Shown here: positions 1 to 8,253 of the stretch, one piece after another
Layout of the letters: the number at the start of each line of letters is the position of its first letter
Position numbering within the stretch: the first letter of the stretch is position 1
Assembly: GCF_000020025.1 (NCBI RefSeq)
Contig: NC_010628.1
Coordinates: 2,190,001-2,222,000, forward strand
Source of the DNA: Nostoc punctiforme PCC 73102
GTDB lineage: Bacteria > Cyanobacteriota > Cyanobacteriia > Cyanobacteriales > Nostocaceae
DNA length: 32,000 nt
Direction of reading: 5' to 3'
Program-made: the position numbers and the translations under genes
The notes under the pieces: generated by a model
Databases searched by the model: none
What the model saw: the letters and a program-made list of their open reading frames with translations, nothing else
What the model was told of the DNA's origin: nothing

Positions 1-122
1 AAATCCCACCCATTACTAGGCTATACCAAACTGCTAGGCGGAACCGAGTTTGGTGGAAAATTGGATTGCGTTCCATATTTCTAGAACCTTACTTGTTTTA
101 ATTTTCGCTAAGTTAGCAAAAA

Positions 123-863
123 TTAGCAGCCTGTTTCCGCGCTATGAATATTTAGGCGATAACCCACACCATAGATAGTTTCAATCAAAGATTCGCTATC
201 TTCTTCGCCTAATTTGCGTCTCAATAAGCGAATTTGCGCTGCTACTACATTGCTAACTGGTTCTGCACCAATTTCCCAAAGTTGATTAATAATCTGGTCG
301 CGGCTGATAATATGGTTAGGATGCCTCATGAAATATTCTAGCAATTGAAATTCCTTGACAGTTAACGAGAATACTCGCTTTTCTCTATGCGAATACTGAC
401 GAGTAAGTTCATGAGTACTGTAATTGAGTATCAGGCAACCTACTTGTAAGCGCCGGGGTTGGACTTGAGGTGTAAGGGTTGCTCCTACGTAAGAGGCTCG
501 CCTTTGTAATGCCCGCAATCTTGCCAGTAACTCGGCCATTCCAAATGGTTTAATTAAATAATCATCTGCACCGCTATCTAGACCAATAATCTTTTCTTCC
601 ATCCGGTCTTTAGCTGTTAGCATCAATACAGGTAGAGTTAAATGGCGCGATCGCAACCATTTACACAACTCCACACCCGAAACTCCTGGCAGCATCCAAT
701 CAAAAATCGCTAGCGTGTACTCAGTCCAGCCTGTTTCTAAATACTGCCATGCCTGACTACCATCTAGAAACCAGTCAACCACATACGCCTCATGACTCAA
801 GACTTGTTTAATTGCTGCACCTAAATCTGCCTCATCTTCAACTAATAGAAGTCGCATAGTCAA
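123..863 (-). CDS. OmpR-family two-component response regulator (REC + winged-helix DNA-binding domain)
   Basis: The 246-aa ORF has REC signatures: LLLVEDE acidic pocket, phospho-acceptor Asp in AIFDWMLPG, LMLTAK and YLIKPF. The C-terminal trans_reg_C motifs are LTVKEFQLLEYF and YGVGYRL. No cognate kinase lies next to it in the window. Confidence 0.9.
   Translation of the reverse strand: MTMRLLLVEDEADLGAAIKQVLSHEAYVVDWFLDGSQAWQYLETGWTEYTLAIFDWMLPGVSGVELCKWLRSRHLTLPVLMLTAKDRMEEKIIGLDSGADDYLIKPFGMAELLARLRALQRRASYVGATLTPQVQPRRLQVGCLILNYSTHELTRQYSHREKRVFSLTVKEFQLLEYFMRHPNHIISRDQIINQLWEIGAEPVSNVVAAQIRLLRRKLGEEDSESLIETIYGVGYRLNIHSAETGC
647..654. repeat. HIP1 (GCGATCGC), representative copy of at least 29 in the window
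   Basis: By-eye scan found copies starting at 647, 2517, 2973, 5573, 7047, 7513, 8073, 9925, 11528, 12535, 12664, 13663, 15267, 15396, 16695, 18464, 18716, 20099, 20728, 23099, 24103, 24436, 26621, 26907, 29116, 29382, 31042, 31206 and 31853. The random expectation for an 8-mer palindrome in 32 kb is about 0.5. Confidence 0.9.
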
Positions 864-1125
864 CCCAGTCTTAAAAGCCTTCTTTAATTACCCTTTCATA
901 AAAAAGTGAAATAATTATGAAATTTTTATTTTACTTAAAGTAAAAATAATGCTATTTTAAAAAACTAATTAATAAAGTACATTTAATTGATGATTGTCTA
1001 AAATAACTTTAATTTTAAATATTAAATTTAAGTGCAAAAATAAAGGCAACAGGCAATGGTCAAGAAGCCTCTTTGAGCTATACTAAATTTTTTCAATAAT
1101 CAAATATGATTCCTATATTAGCTAA

Positions 1126-1168
1126 GTACATGGAAATACTTTATTAAGTCTAAAGAAAAATATATCCT
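1126..1168 (+). promoter_or_regulatory. NtcA-type promoter candidate (GTAN8TAC followed by a TAN3T -10 box)
   Basis: GTACATGGAAATAC lies at 1126-1139, and TATCCT lies at 1163-1168, 23 nt downstream. The site is in the AT-rich divergent spacer, about 425 nt upstream of the lactonase ATG. This is a pattern match only. Confidence 0.2.
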
Positions 1169-1563
1169 AGCTCAGATTAAAACTTTAATTACCATATCGC
1201 TTCTGTCTAATGGCTTAATATTTATTTATCTCTAAAGATAGGCTTTGATTTCATTTTAATTTCATTTTTATATATTGATAATGTGATTGGTATATATTTT
1301 ATCTAGTCTTACAACCTTCATGAAACATGAATATATATCTACAGATTGAGGTAAATAAAAACCGAATATACTAAAGTTTAGTGTTCCATTATCTATAGAT
1401 TTATATTTAATAACAAGTGAGTAAATTAAACCATAATATATCTGCAATATTTAAATTTAGACTTTTACAAAAAATATTAACCCCAGTTTTATAGGAATGA
1501 ATTAGTGTGAAATGGAAGCTGTAATTCTTTGCCAAAAACAGAGTTAATTGACAGGAGATTTCC

Positions 1564-2493
1564 ATGTCTGAAATCATCGAAATATATGACGATCGCCTGC
1601 GTGCCATTGTATCTCCAGATGCTTCACTTCAAAAGCTAGCCAACGGTGCAGTCCATAGTGAGGGGCCTGTTTACTTTCACGAAGACAATAGTGTTGTGTG
1701 GAGTGATGCTCATGGCAACCGTTTGTTACGTTGGAGTCCTACTGATGATGTGAGTGTCCTACGTGACCCATCTGATTATCAAAGTGGTAATTACCGCGAC
1801 TTGGAAGGCCGTCTTGTTGCGTGTTCATCTGGTTTGCGTGCCATAATTCGACGCGAAGACAATGGTGAGTGGAAGGTTTTAGTCGATCGCTACCAAGGCA
1901 AACGCCTGAACAGTCCAAATGATTTGGTAGTGAAAAGCGACGGCACAATTTGGTTCACCGATCCGCCTTATGGGATCACTGAGCCAAATCAAGGTTACGG
2001 TGGCGAACAAGAACAACCCGGAAGTTATGTATATCGGTTTGATCCAGCAACCGATGAGATTTATCCAGTAGTAATGGACATGGTGCGTCCTAACGGACTG
2101 GCTTTTAGTCCAGACGAAAATCTACTGTATGTTTCAGATACAGCTGCGTTTAATATTCCTGGCGGGCCTCATAACATCCGTGTGTATGAGGTCGTGAGCG
2201 TATCAGGAACCACCTGTCGTAGACATCACTATGTCAAGAATGGTCGTGTGTTTGCAGTCATCGATCCAGGACAACCTGATGGATTTCGGGTGGACAAGTA
2301 CGGCAATATTTTTACTAGTTCTCAAGACAGCGTGCAGATATATTCCTCCGACGGGACTCAGTTGGGAAAAATTCTTGTACCGGAGACATCCACTAATCTC
2401 ACTTTCGGCGGTAAACAAGGTGAACGCCTGTTTATTACAGCCGGTCATTCTTTATATGCTATTGACCTTAATACCCGTGGTGTACAGCAATGA
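1564..2493 (+). CDS. SMP-30/gluconolactonase/LRE-family lactonase (probable gluconolactonase)
   Basis: The 309-aa ORF carries beta-propeller lactonase motifs SEGPVYF, RLNSPNDLVV, RPNGLAFSPD, PDGFRVDKYGNIF and NLTFGG. An ATG start is preceded by GGAG at about -8. Confidence 0.85.
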   Translation: MSEIIEIYDDRLRAIVSPDASLQKLANGAVHSEGPVYFHEDNSVVWSDAHGNRLLRWSPTDDVSVLRDPSDYQSGNYRDLEGRLVACSSGLRAIIRREDNGEWKVLVDRYQGKRLNSPNDLVVKSDGTIWFTDPPYGITEPNQGYGGEQEQPGSYVYRFDPATDEIYPVVMDMVRPNGLAFSPDENLLYVSDTAAFNIPGGPHNIRVYEVVSVSGTTCRRHHYVKNGRVFAVIDPGQPDGFRVDKYGNIFTSSQDSVQIYSSDGTQLGKILVPETSTNLTFGGKQGERLFITAGHSLYAIDLNTRGVQQ

Positions 2494-3032
2494 TTTATAA
2501 ATTTGCGATTGGTCTAGCGATCGCTTTTTTTCTAGGTTCATTTAATTTCCCACAGCTAGGGACATACCTATTAAGTTCACTTTATAATACTTATCCTGGC
2601 GGATTTCCAGGATTAGCACTTTTACTATTAAGAGTTAGTACTGGTGCGTTATTCATCCTACATGGCTATCCAAAAATTACGCATCTTCGACAGTGGGCTG
2701 AGTCTCTAAAGATGCCTGTCTTTCTTTGCTTCTTATCAGCTGCGTCTATGTTAGGCGGCGGAATTTTTCTAATTATTGGATTCCTGACACTCTTAGCCAC
2801 CTTGCCTATTTTATGCTCAATGATTTTTGCAATATACTTGCACATTTCTGGAAGTAAACCCTTTGTAGCCCAAGATCCATACTTAATTCCAGAAGACCAG
2901 TATCAAGGCCCTTTAGGACAAGGTGAACCGCCAAGTTGGGAAAAAGCGTTTATGTACTGCGTTATGCTAATTGCGATCGCGGCTTTAGGCCCTGGTGTAT
3001 ATTCGCTAGATGCTTTTATTTTTGGACGGTGA
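2490..3032 (+). CDS. DoxX-family integral membrane protein
   Basis: The 180-aa ORF has about 4 hydrophobic helices and a DoxX-like motif (LLLLRVSTGALFILHGYPK). Its ATG overlaps the upstream TGA (ATGA at 2490-2493), which implies translational coupling with the lactonase. Confidence 0.8.
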   Translation: MIYKFAIGLAIAFFLGSFNFPQLGTYLLSSLYNTYPGGFPGLALLLLRVSTGALFILHGYPKITHLRQWAESLKMPVFLCFLSAASMLGGGIFLIIGFLTLLATLPILCSMIFAIYLHISGSKPFVAQDPYLIPEDQYQGPLGQGEPPSWEKAFMYCVMLIAIAALGPGVYSLDAFIFGR

Positions 3033-3128
3033 AAACTATCCGACTGAATCACCAAAACGGTGCTGAAGTTTCATCTGTAGTCATGAGGAAGTCATGCCAA
3101 TATGGTTCGTTTAAAGGGGAAAGGGAAA

Positions 3129-3165
3129 AGGTATTGGTTTTGAATACATCCTTTACCCAATACCT
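3129..3165. terminator. Hairpin in the convergent DoxX / PG-binding spacer (possible terminator)
   Basis: A perfect 9-bp stem (AGGTATTGG at 3129-3137, CCAATACCT at 3157-3165) has a 19-nt loop. A second hairpin (TTGACTTG at 3225-3232, CAAGTCAA at 3245-3252) lies closer to the minus-strand gene. Neither has a clean U-tract. Confidence 0.25.
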
Positions 3166-3262
3166 GCAACACCATTCCCCAGACCACAAGGAAAGTAAAA
3201 AATGCTTATCCGAAACGTATTGGGTTGACTTGAACTCTAATTAACAAGTCAAGTAAATCATC

Positions 3263-3670
3263 TTATTTTAAAGATGCTAAAGTCCGCCGTCCAATTATTC
3301 CATCTGCTCTTAAGCCTTTAGACTTTTGAAATTTGATCACTGCTGAACGTGTCTTATTATCAAAGACACCATTCACATTTGCGGTATAGAATCCTTGCTG
3401 CTTTAAAGCATTTTGAGCAGTTTTGACTGCTTCTCCCGTACTACCTACTGTGAGTACATTACTACGCTTAACTGCTGTACTATTAGATTTGTGCTTGGCA
3501 TTAGCCTTGTGGACAGCATTAGACTTTTTGATAGTGTTGCCTTGCTGAGGATTCTGTGCAACCTGAGTAGCGGTAGCCGTATTGTGGCTTTTTTTATGGG
3601 TTAAAGAGTAACCAGGCAAAGCAGTAGCTAGAGTCAAAACAGGGATCAAAGCAAATACTTTCCAATTCAT
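3263..3670 (-). CDS. Secreted peptidoglycan-binding-domain protein with no catalytic domain
   Basis: It has a signal peptide (MNWKVFALIPVLTLATALPG), a K/N/H/A-rich low-complexity linker, and a C-terminal PG_binding_1-like repeat (GEAVKTAQNALKQQGFY...LRADGIIGRRTLASL). Confidence 0.75.
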   Translation of the reverse strand: MNWKVFALIPVLTLATALPGYSLTHKKSHNTATATQVAQNPQQGNTIKKSNAVHKANAKHKSNSTAVKRSNVLTVGSTGEAVKTAQNALKQQGFYTANVNGVFDNKTRSAVIKFQKSKGLRADGIIGRRTLASLK

Positions 3671-4086
3671 TCTCTTATTCCTTCCAAACTATGAGAGATT
3701 TTGCAATTTTGATTTGAAGAGTCATGCTATGAGGGCTTGTACCTGATAGTGATTCTCTTCGAGCAATTCTGGTGTGTGGATTTGCTATAGAGCGAGTCTA
3801 TTGCCTACCCAGAGCTATAGCATCACACGTTATATTGACAGAGTTATTACAAAAATGTGATAAGAGTGTGACAAAAGCATGACTAATTCATTAAGGATTA
3901 TGTCGCACAAGCTCATACTATTGATTTATGAGAATTTATCTAACAACCCTTAATTATTAAACGTTGTGATTTCCAACAATCATCACCGTAAAAGATTTTC
4001 TGTTCTCTGTTGGATAAAAATCTCACGCAACATACGTTTCTAACACGCTATTAAGTAAGTGGGCGTAAAGAATTGTTGTTGGGATA

Positions 4087-4114
4087 AGGCAATAGGCAAT
4101 AGGCAATAGGCAAT
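4087..4114. repeat. Perfect tandem heptamer (AGGCAAT)x4, STRR-like
   Basis: Direct reading gives AGGCAATAGGCAATAGGCAATAGGCAAT. It lies in the 725-bp spacer between the PG-binding gene and the SBP gene. Confidence 0.9.
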
Positions 4115-4396
4115 AAATATAAGGATTTTAGACTAGTTTATTTTTCTTTGCATAGTTTTATTTTATTGTGCCAACTTACTTAGCCAATACTTTTTAAGAT
4201 GCGTTAACCCTGGTTATTTGCGATAATCTGAATTGTCAAAATATCTTCATTTTACCATAAAATAGTTTTGCAAGAGATTTCATGAGCTGCGCTCACAAGG
4301 AATAATGAAAATGTCTTTTCCTCCTGCCTCGTGCCTTATTTTCAAGGCAGGTCTAATATACTCTCAAATTTCTTTACCATTAATACTAACTACAGC

Positions 4397-5365
4397 CTAC
4401 AAATCTTTCTGGGGAATATCTTCGTGAAACTCTATCATCAATTGCATGGTTTCCACAGCTAAATCACGTAAGTCTCGATTTAGAAATACAACACCTTGAG
4501 AACCAAACCAACGATCAAAAATCGCAACATATTTGGGGTTATCGTTGACAAATCCTTGCATAAACTTGACGAGGGAATAGTTCACTGAATCGAGGAATTT
4601 AGAGTTATTCTCAGGAACCATACAAGCAATTCCTTCTCGTGAATAGGGACGAGGGGGTGCGATGGCAAAACTATCTTGATTTTTTGCTGTTTGTAACCAT
4701 CCCTCTAAAATAATGCTATCGGATGCAAAAGCGTCAATTTTGCCCTGTTCCAAAGCAGCAAATCCTTCTGCTCTAGTCTTAAAATATACAAGTTTAGCTT
4801 GGGTTTGTACCTGCTTGATGGTTTCTTCGTTGGTAGTTCCAGCCAGTACACCCACACGCTTGTTAATGAGAGATTCAGGCGAACCTAAATTGCTGTCCTT
4901 CTTAATTAAAATTTGAGTACCTGTGACACCATAGCTAACTGAAAAATCAATCTTTTTATCTCGCTCCCAAGTAAAGCTACTAGCATCACAGATAATATCA
5001 ACTTGCCGGTTAATTATCTTAGGAATTCTTTCTGCTGGGGTAACTCCAACTAATTTAAGTTGAATCTTTTTGCCTAATTCTTTTTCTAATTGCTTCTGGA
5101 TCAAAGTCAGCATATCCACAGAATAACCGATCAATTTTCCTTGACTGTCAGAGTATGCAAAGGGTAAAGCATCTCTACTTGTACCTGCCGTTAATACTCC
5201 TGTTCGTGCTACTTTTTGCATCACAGTTTCTGCCCCTGCAACACCAGGTAGGGATACTGATAATATCAAACCGAATATGGCACTATATATCTTTGACTTA
5301 GTAAAAGCAGGTAAACACGAGAGATTTATTTTAGTACTAACAAACATATTCAAGTATTTGGGCAT
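4397..5365 (-). CDS. Periplasmic amino-acid-type ABC substrate-binding protein (family 3 SBP), orphan
   Basis: Motifs are GVLTAGTSRDALPFAY, GYSVDML, DIICDASSFTWERDKKIDFS and DAFASDSIILEGW, with a signal peptide ending VAGA/ET. The ORF-track start at 5407 is TTG. In-frame ATGs at 5365 and 5347 fit a signal peptide better. No permease or ATPase gene lies nearby. Confidence 0.8.
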   Translation of the reverse strand: MPKYLNMFVSTKINLSCLPAFTKSKIYSAIFGLILSVSLPGVAGAETVMQKVARTGVLTAGTSRDALPFAYSDSQGKLIGYSVDMLTLIQKQLEKELGKKIQLKLVGVTPAERIPKIINRQVDIICDASSFTWERDKKIDFSVSYGVTGTQILIKKDSNLGSPESLINKRVGVLAGTTNEETIKQVQTQAKLVYFKTRAEGFAALEQGKIDAFASDSIILEGWLQTAKNQDSFAIAPPRPYSREGIACMVPENNSKFLDSVNYSLVKFMQGFVNDNPKYVAIFDRWFGSQGVVFLNRDLRDLAVETMQLMIEFHEDIPQKDL

Positions 5366-5512
5366 CCACAGTATCAAAGTAAAAAAATTATCTCTGTGAA
5401 TTGCCAAGTAAGCAGTTCTAGAAATGATTCTTCACATTAGAAACTTAAATGCCATGACTTTGATAGCATATTTTTGTACTCATAGGAGTATTGATTTGTA
5501 GTACTTTCATTG

Positions 5513-6520
5513 TTATGTGCTTGTTACAAGCAATATAGCGTGTCCGTCAGGATCTTTAACTAAACAACCTTTGCGATCGCAACTTCCACTAACTGGAAAC
5601 TGTACAATCCGCGATGAGACAAACTGAACTCCATTTTGCCGCAGTATCTCTACCGCCTGCTCAATATTATTGACAACAAGCTCAATTTGTATATGTGCAA
5701 TATCGCAACTTTTCCAGTCACTCGGCATTGGGCGGCCTTTTCCAGGCACAAGATAGTCTAGCAATTCAATCCCTAAGCCACCTTGAACAGGTCGCAAGCC
5801 CGTAATTTTGACTTCGGCACCTGGCAAATTATCTAAACGAGCTTGGGTTGCACGCCAGTTGAGACTGCGGCTATCAATTTGCATTCCCAGGAGGTCGCGG
5901 TAAAAGTGTAGACTCTGCTCGGTATTGGAAATAGCGTAGGCGTAGCCCGTCGTAGACATCGCAGTATGGTCGATTCCCAAAAACAAGCGATTCGTGTTTT
6001 GATGCCATTTATCTTGTCCTTGGTGGGGAGGAAACCAAATTAACTCTAAATCATGTCCATCAGGGTCTTTAAACTTAAAGGCACGAACACCACCAGATGT
6101 TTGATTATCAGGTAGGATTGTCTGCGGAGCAACTGAAATGGGCCCAATCGGGAATGAACACAATTGTGCATAAGCGCGATCCATATCACTCACCACAATT
6201 GCTAGATGTTGGAACCAAATGTCATTACTTTGAGAATCTGTGGGAATAGGTTTTCCCTGAATGTTGAGATACTCCATCAACTCGATGAGTTCATCACCTA
6301 GCCGTAAAGTGATAATGCGAATTTTTGCCTCAGTGATTCCTTGTAAGTCGCTGTAATCTTGCCCTTCAACTGTGATATCGGAAACTAATTCAAACCCAAG
6401 TGCTTGGGTGTAGAAATCTAAAGAGCGATTGCAGCTTGTCACTGTTAAGGCAATTGCTCTAATTCTTTGTACCTGTACATCGGTTTGGCTACGCATATTC
6501 AATAGCATTTGTACTGGCAA
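5513..6520 (-). CDS. Two-domain VOC-superfamily protein (glyoxalase/bleomycin-resistance/extradiol-dioxygenase fold)
   Basis: The 335-aa ORF has repeated betaalphabetabetabeta module signatures (IRAIALTVTSCNRSLDFYTQALGFE; FQHLAIVVSDMDRAY; GIDHTAMS..SLHFYRDLLGM; IAHIQIELV; DPDGH twice). The 6520 start is TTG, with alternative ATGs at 6508 and 6496. It lies 25-50 bp downstream of the NDH-2 gene. Confidence 0.75.
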   Translation of the reverse strand: MPVQMLLNMRSQTDVQVQRIRAIALTVTSCNRSLDFYTQALGFELVSDITVEGQDYSDLQGITEAKIRIITLRLGDELIELMEYLNIQGKPIPTDSQSNDIWFQHLAIVVSDMDRAYAQLCSFPIGPISVAPQTILPDNQTSGGVRAFKFKDPDGHDLELIWFPPHQGQDKWHQNTNRLFLGIDHTAMSTTGYAYAISNTEQSLHFYRDLLGMQIDSRSLNWRATQARLDNLPGAEVKITGLRPVQGGLGIELLDYLVPGKGRPMPSDWKSCDIAHIQIELVVNNIEQAVEILRQNGVQFVSSRIVQFPVSGSCDRKGCLVKDPDGHAILLVTST

Positions 6521-6545
6521 TTTACTCTGTATTAAAGGAGATTAC

Positions 6546-7916
6546 CTACTTACTGTTTTTATCTTCATCTCCCAACATTTTCAGTAATTTTCTTGCAGCT
6601 AGAATACCTACAACTCCTACGCCGACTATTTCCGCTGCTTGCACCACTTTTTTCCCGACATCATGAGGGTCAAGGTGCTGATGAAAAACTTCTTCATCTA
6701 CCCATTCAGTGGTGGCTTTAAAGTCATGAATTGGTGCTGGTAATAGCGTTAAATAAGTGCCTTGACGGATTAAATGCGCGGTTTCGCCTACAACTTCAAA
6801 AACATTGAAAAGGTTAGCAGCAGCATCATTTATCCCCAATTTCAAAAGGGTTCCCCGGATGTTAACCTTAGCAGGTTTGGGTTCTTCTCCTAATGCTAAT
6901 GCTTTCAAATTCTGGGCAATATTGGCTCCTTGCTGATAAGCAACTTGAGCCGTAGGCGGTAGCGAATTATCCTGAACTGCTGCACAATCACCACCGACAA
7001 AGACTTCTGGAAAATCGAGTAATTGCAAGTTAGGAGTAACTAAAGGGCGATCGCGACGATCTCGATGTTCTTTAGGAATTGGCAAATCTTTAATCAGTGG
7101 ATGGGTAGAAGTGCCAGCAGTCCAAACTGTAGTATGTGTAGCTAATGTCTCAATTTGCTCGTTACGCTTATATTGAATTGAGGTGGAACCAATAGCAGTA
7201 GCTTCTGCTTCCACAATCATTTCTATTGGCACAGCACGTTTGTTCAATTCCCGTTCGGCAATTTCACGCAATGGGTTATTTATATCACCATCAAGGATTT
7301 CTTTACCATGATTGAGTAGTACTACACGAATTTCACTTGAATTTCCTCCCAAAGCGCTATACCAATGTGGGAGAAAATCAGCTAGAGTTGCTGCCATTTC
7401 CACACCACTTGCACCACCACCAACTATGACTACTGTTAATAGCTTTCGGCGTTGTTCTACATCTTCAGTTTGGACAGCTTTTTGCAAACAGTCACGTAAA
7501 TGACGGTCAAGAGCGATCGCATCTGCTTGCGTCCAGAAAGGAAAGGCATTTTCTCTAGCACCTTCAACTTGATGATAGCCAGTAACGCTGCCCAAAGCTA
7601 ATACTAAATTGCTGTAATTGTAGGAATTTCCCGAAGCTAATTTAACTTCCCGTTGATGCAAGTTTATCGATTGCACTGTATCTTGCACAAAGATGACACC
7701 ACTACCTTTAAGCAGTTCCGAAAAACGCGGCACTACCTGAAAGGTATCCATCTCACCATCGAAATATTCATATAATAGTGGCTTAAAGCAAAAGCGCTCG
7801 TCTTTATCAATCAAGATAACAGAGCGGGGATAATGTTCGTGAGCTAAATGTAAGGCTGTAAATAGCCCGGTAAAACCACCGCCGACAATCACAGTTTGAT
7901 AAACTGGGCTGTTCAT
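6546..7916 (-). CDS. Type-2 NADH dehydrogenase (NDH-2, FAD-dependent pyridine nucleotide-disulfide oxidoreductase family)
   Basis: The 456-aa ORF has two dinucleotide-binding GxGxxG motifs (VIVGGGFTGLFTA and VVIVGGGASGVEMA), VFVGGDCAAV, and a hydrophobic or amphipathic C-terminal tail (VGVGVVGILAARKLL). Confidence 0.85.
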   Translation of the reverse strand: MNSPVYQTVIVGGGFTGLFTALHLAHEHYPRSVILIDKDERFCFKPLLYEYFDGEMDTFQVVPRFSELLKGSGVIFVQDTVQSINLHQREVKLASGNSYNYSNLVLALGSVTGYHQVEGARENAFPFWTQADAIALDRHLRDCLQKAVQTEDVEQRRKLLTVVIVGGGASGVEMAATLADFLPHWYSALGGNSSEIRVVLLNHGKEILDGDINNPLREIAERELNKRAVPIEMIVEAEATAIGSTSIQYKRNEQIETLATHTTVWTAGTSTHPLIKDLPIPKEHRDRRDRPLVTPNLQLLDFPEVFVGGDCAAVQDNSLPPTAQVAYQQGANIAQNLKALALGEEPKPAKVNIRGTLLKLGINDAAANLFNVFEVVGETAHLIRQGTYLTLLPAPIHDFKATTEWVDEEVFHQHLDPHDVGKKVVQAAEIVGVGVVGILAARKLLKMLGDEDKNSK

Positions 7917-7969
7917 AAAATCCCTCGCAAATTTTGTTAAATCAGGATGTTTTATTAATGAAATCTCTA

Positions 7970-8215
7970 CTAGATGAATAAAAACAAAGCTATCAAAATA
8001 GCACTGAGGAACACAGCAAATGCAATAGCATATTCAACTCTCTGACTAAAAAATCCGACAGCAGCAATCAGAGCGATCGCTAGGCCAATAATGCCAGCAT
8101 ATTGCTCTTTTTGTAATCCGCGTGCAATTAGTGGATCTTGACCTGGTGCTGGAGTTTCTTGAATTGTTTTTGGGGCACGTTCTGAGGCTGGTATTTCTTG
8201 TAAGAATAGATTCAT
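7970..8215 (-). CDS. Small hypothetical membrane protein (81 aa, 2 TM helices) downstream of ctaE
   Basis: The internal ATG at 8215 (MNLFLQEIP...) avoids the 43-nt overlap that the 108-aa ORF-track version has with ctaE. It has a hydrophilic Pro/Gln-rich N-terminus followed by two hydrophobic helices (AGIIGLAIALIAAVGFF; AIAFAVFLSAILIALFLFI). I recognise no family. Confidence 0.45.
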   Translation of the reverse strand: MNLFLQEIPASERAPKTIQETPAPGQDPLIARGLQKEQYAGIIGLAIALIAAVGFFSQRVEYAIAFAVFLSAILIALFLFI

Positions 8216-8253
8216 CACATTACTCCTGAAAATATTTGGATATCTGAATGTTT

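Noticed and set aside
1-84. An open plus-strand frame runs from the window start to a TAG at 82-84 (...KSHPLLGYTKLLGGTEFGGKLDCVPYF*). It could be the 3' end of an upstream gene convergent with the response regulator. A hairpin (ACCAAACT...AGTTTGGT) also lies at about 26-55.
   Set aside because: Only 27 codons are visible, with no recognisable motif, so it cannot be supported from this window alone.
1407-1607. A 66-aa minus-strand ORF lies in the AT-rich spacer and overlaps the lactonase start.
   Set aside because: Its composition is a product of AT-rich DNA (Ile/Asn/Leu/Phe/Lys rich). It overlaps the lactonase start codon region and has no supporting signals.
2936-3244. A 102-aa plus-strand ORF overlaps the DoxX 3' end and the convergent spacer.
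   Set aside because: It overlaps DoxX in another frame, has no recognisable motifs, and runs through hairpin and repeat sequence. It is most likely spurious.
4087-4114. I considered short direct repeats here and at 25704-25740 as possible CRISPR fragments.
   Set aside because: The units are contiguous 7-nt repeats with no spacers, and no cas genes are nearby. These are simple STRR-like tandem repeats, not CRISPR.
4285-4410. A small plus-strand ORF (MKMSFPPASCLIFKAGLIYSQ..., about 40 aa) is preceded by AAGGA, and a CCTGCCT...AGGCAGG hairpin lies downstream of the SBP gene.
   Set aside because: The ORF overlaps the SBP 3' end in antisense and has no recognisable features. The hairpin lacks a U-tract on either strand. 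The evidence is insufficient for a gene or terminator call.
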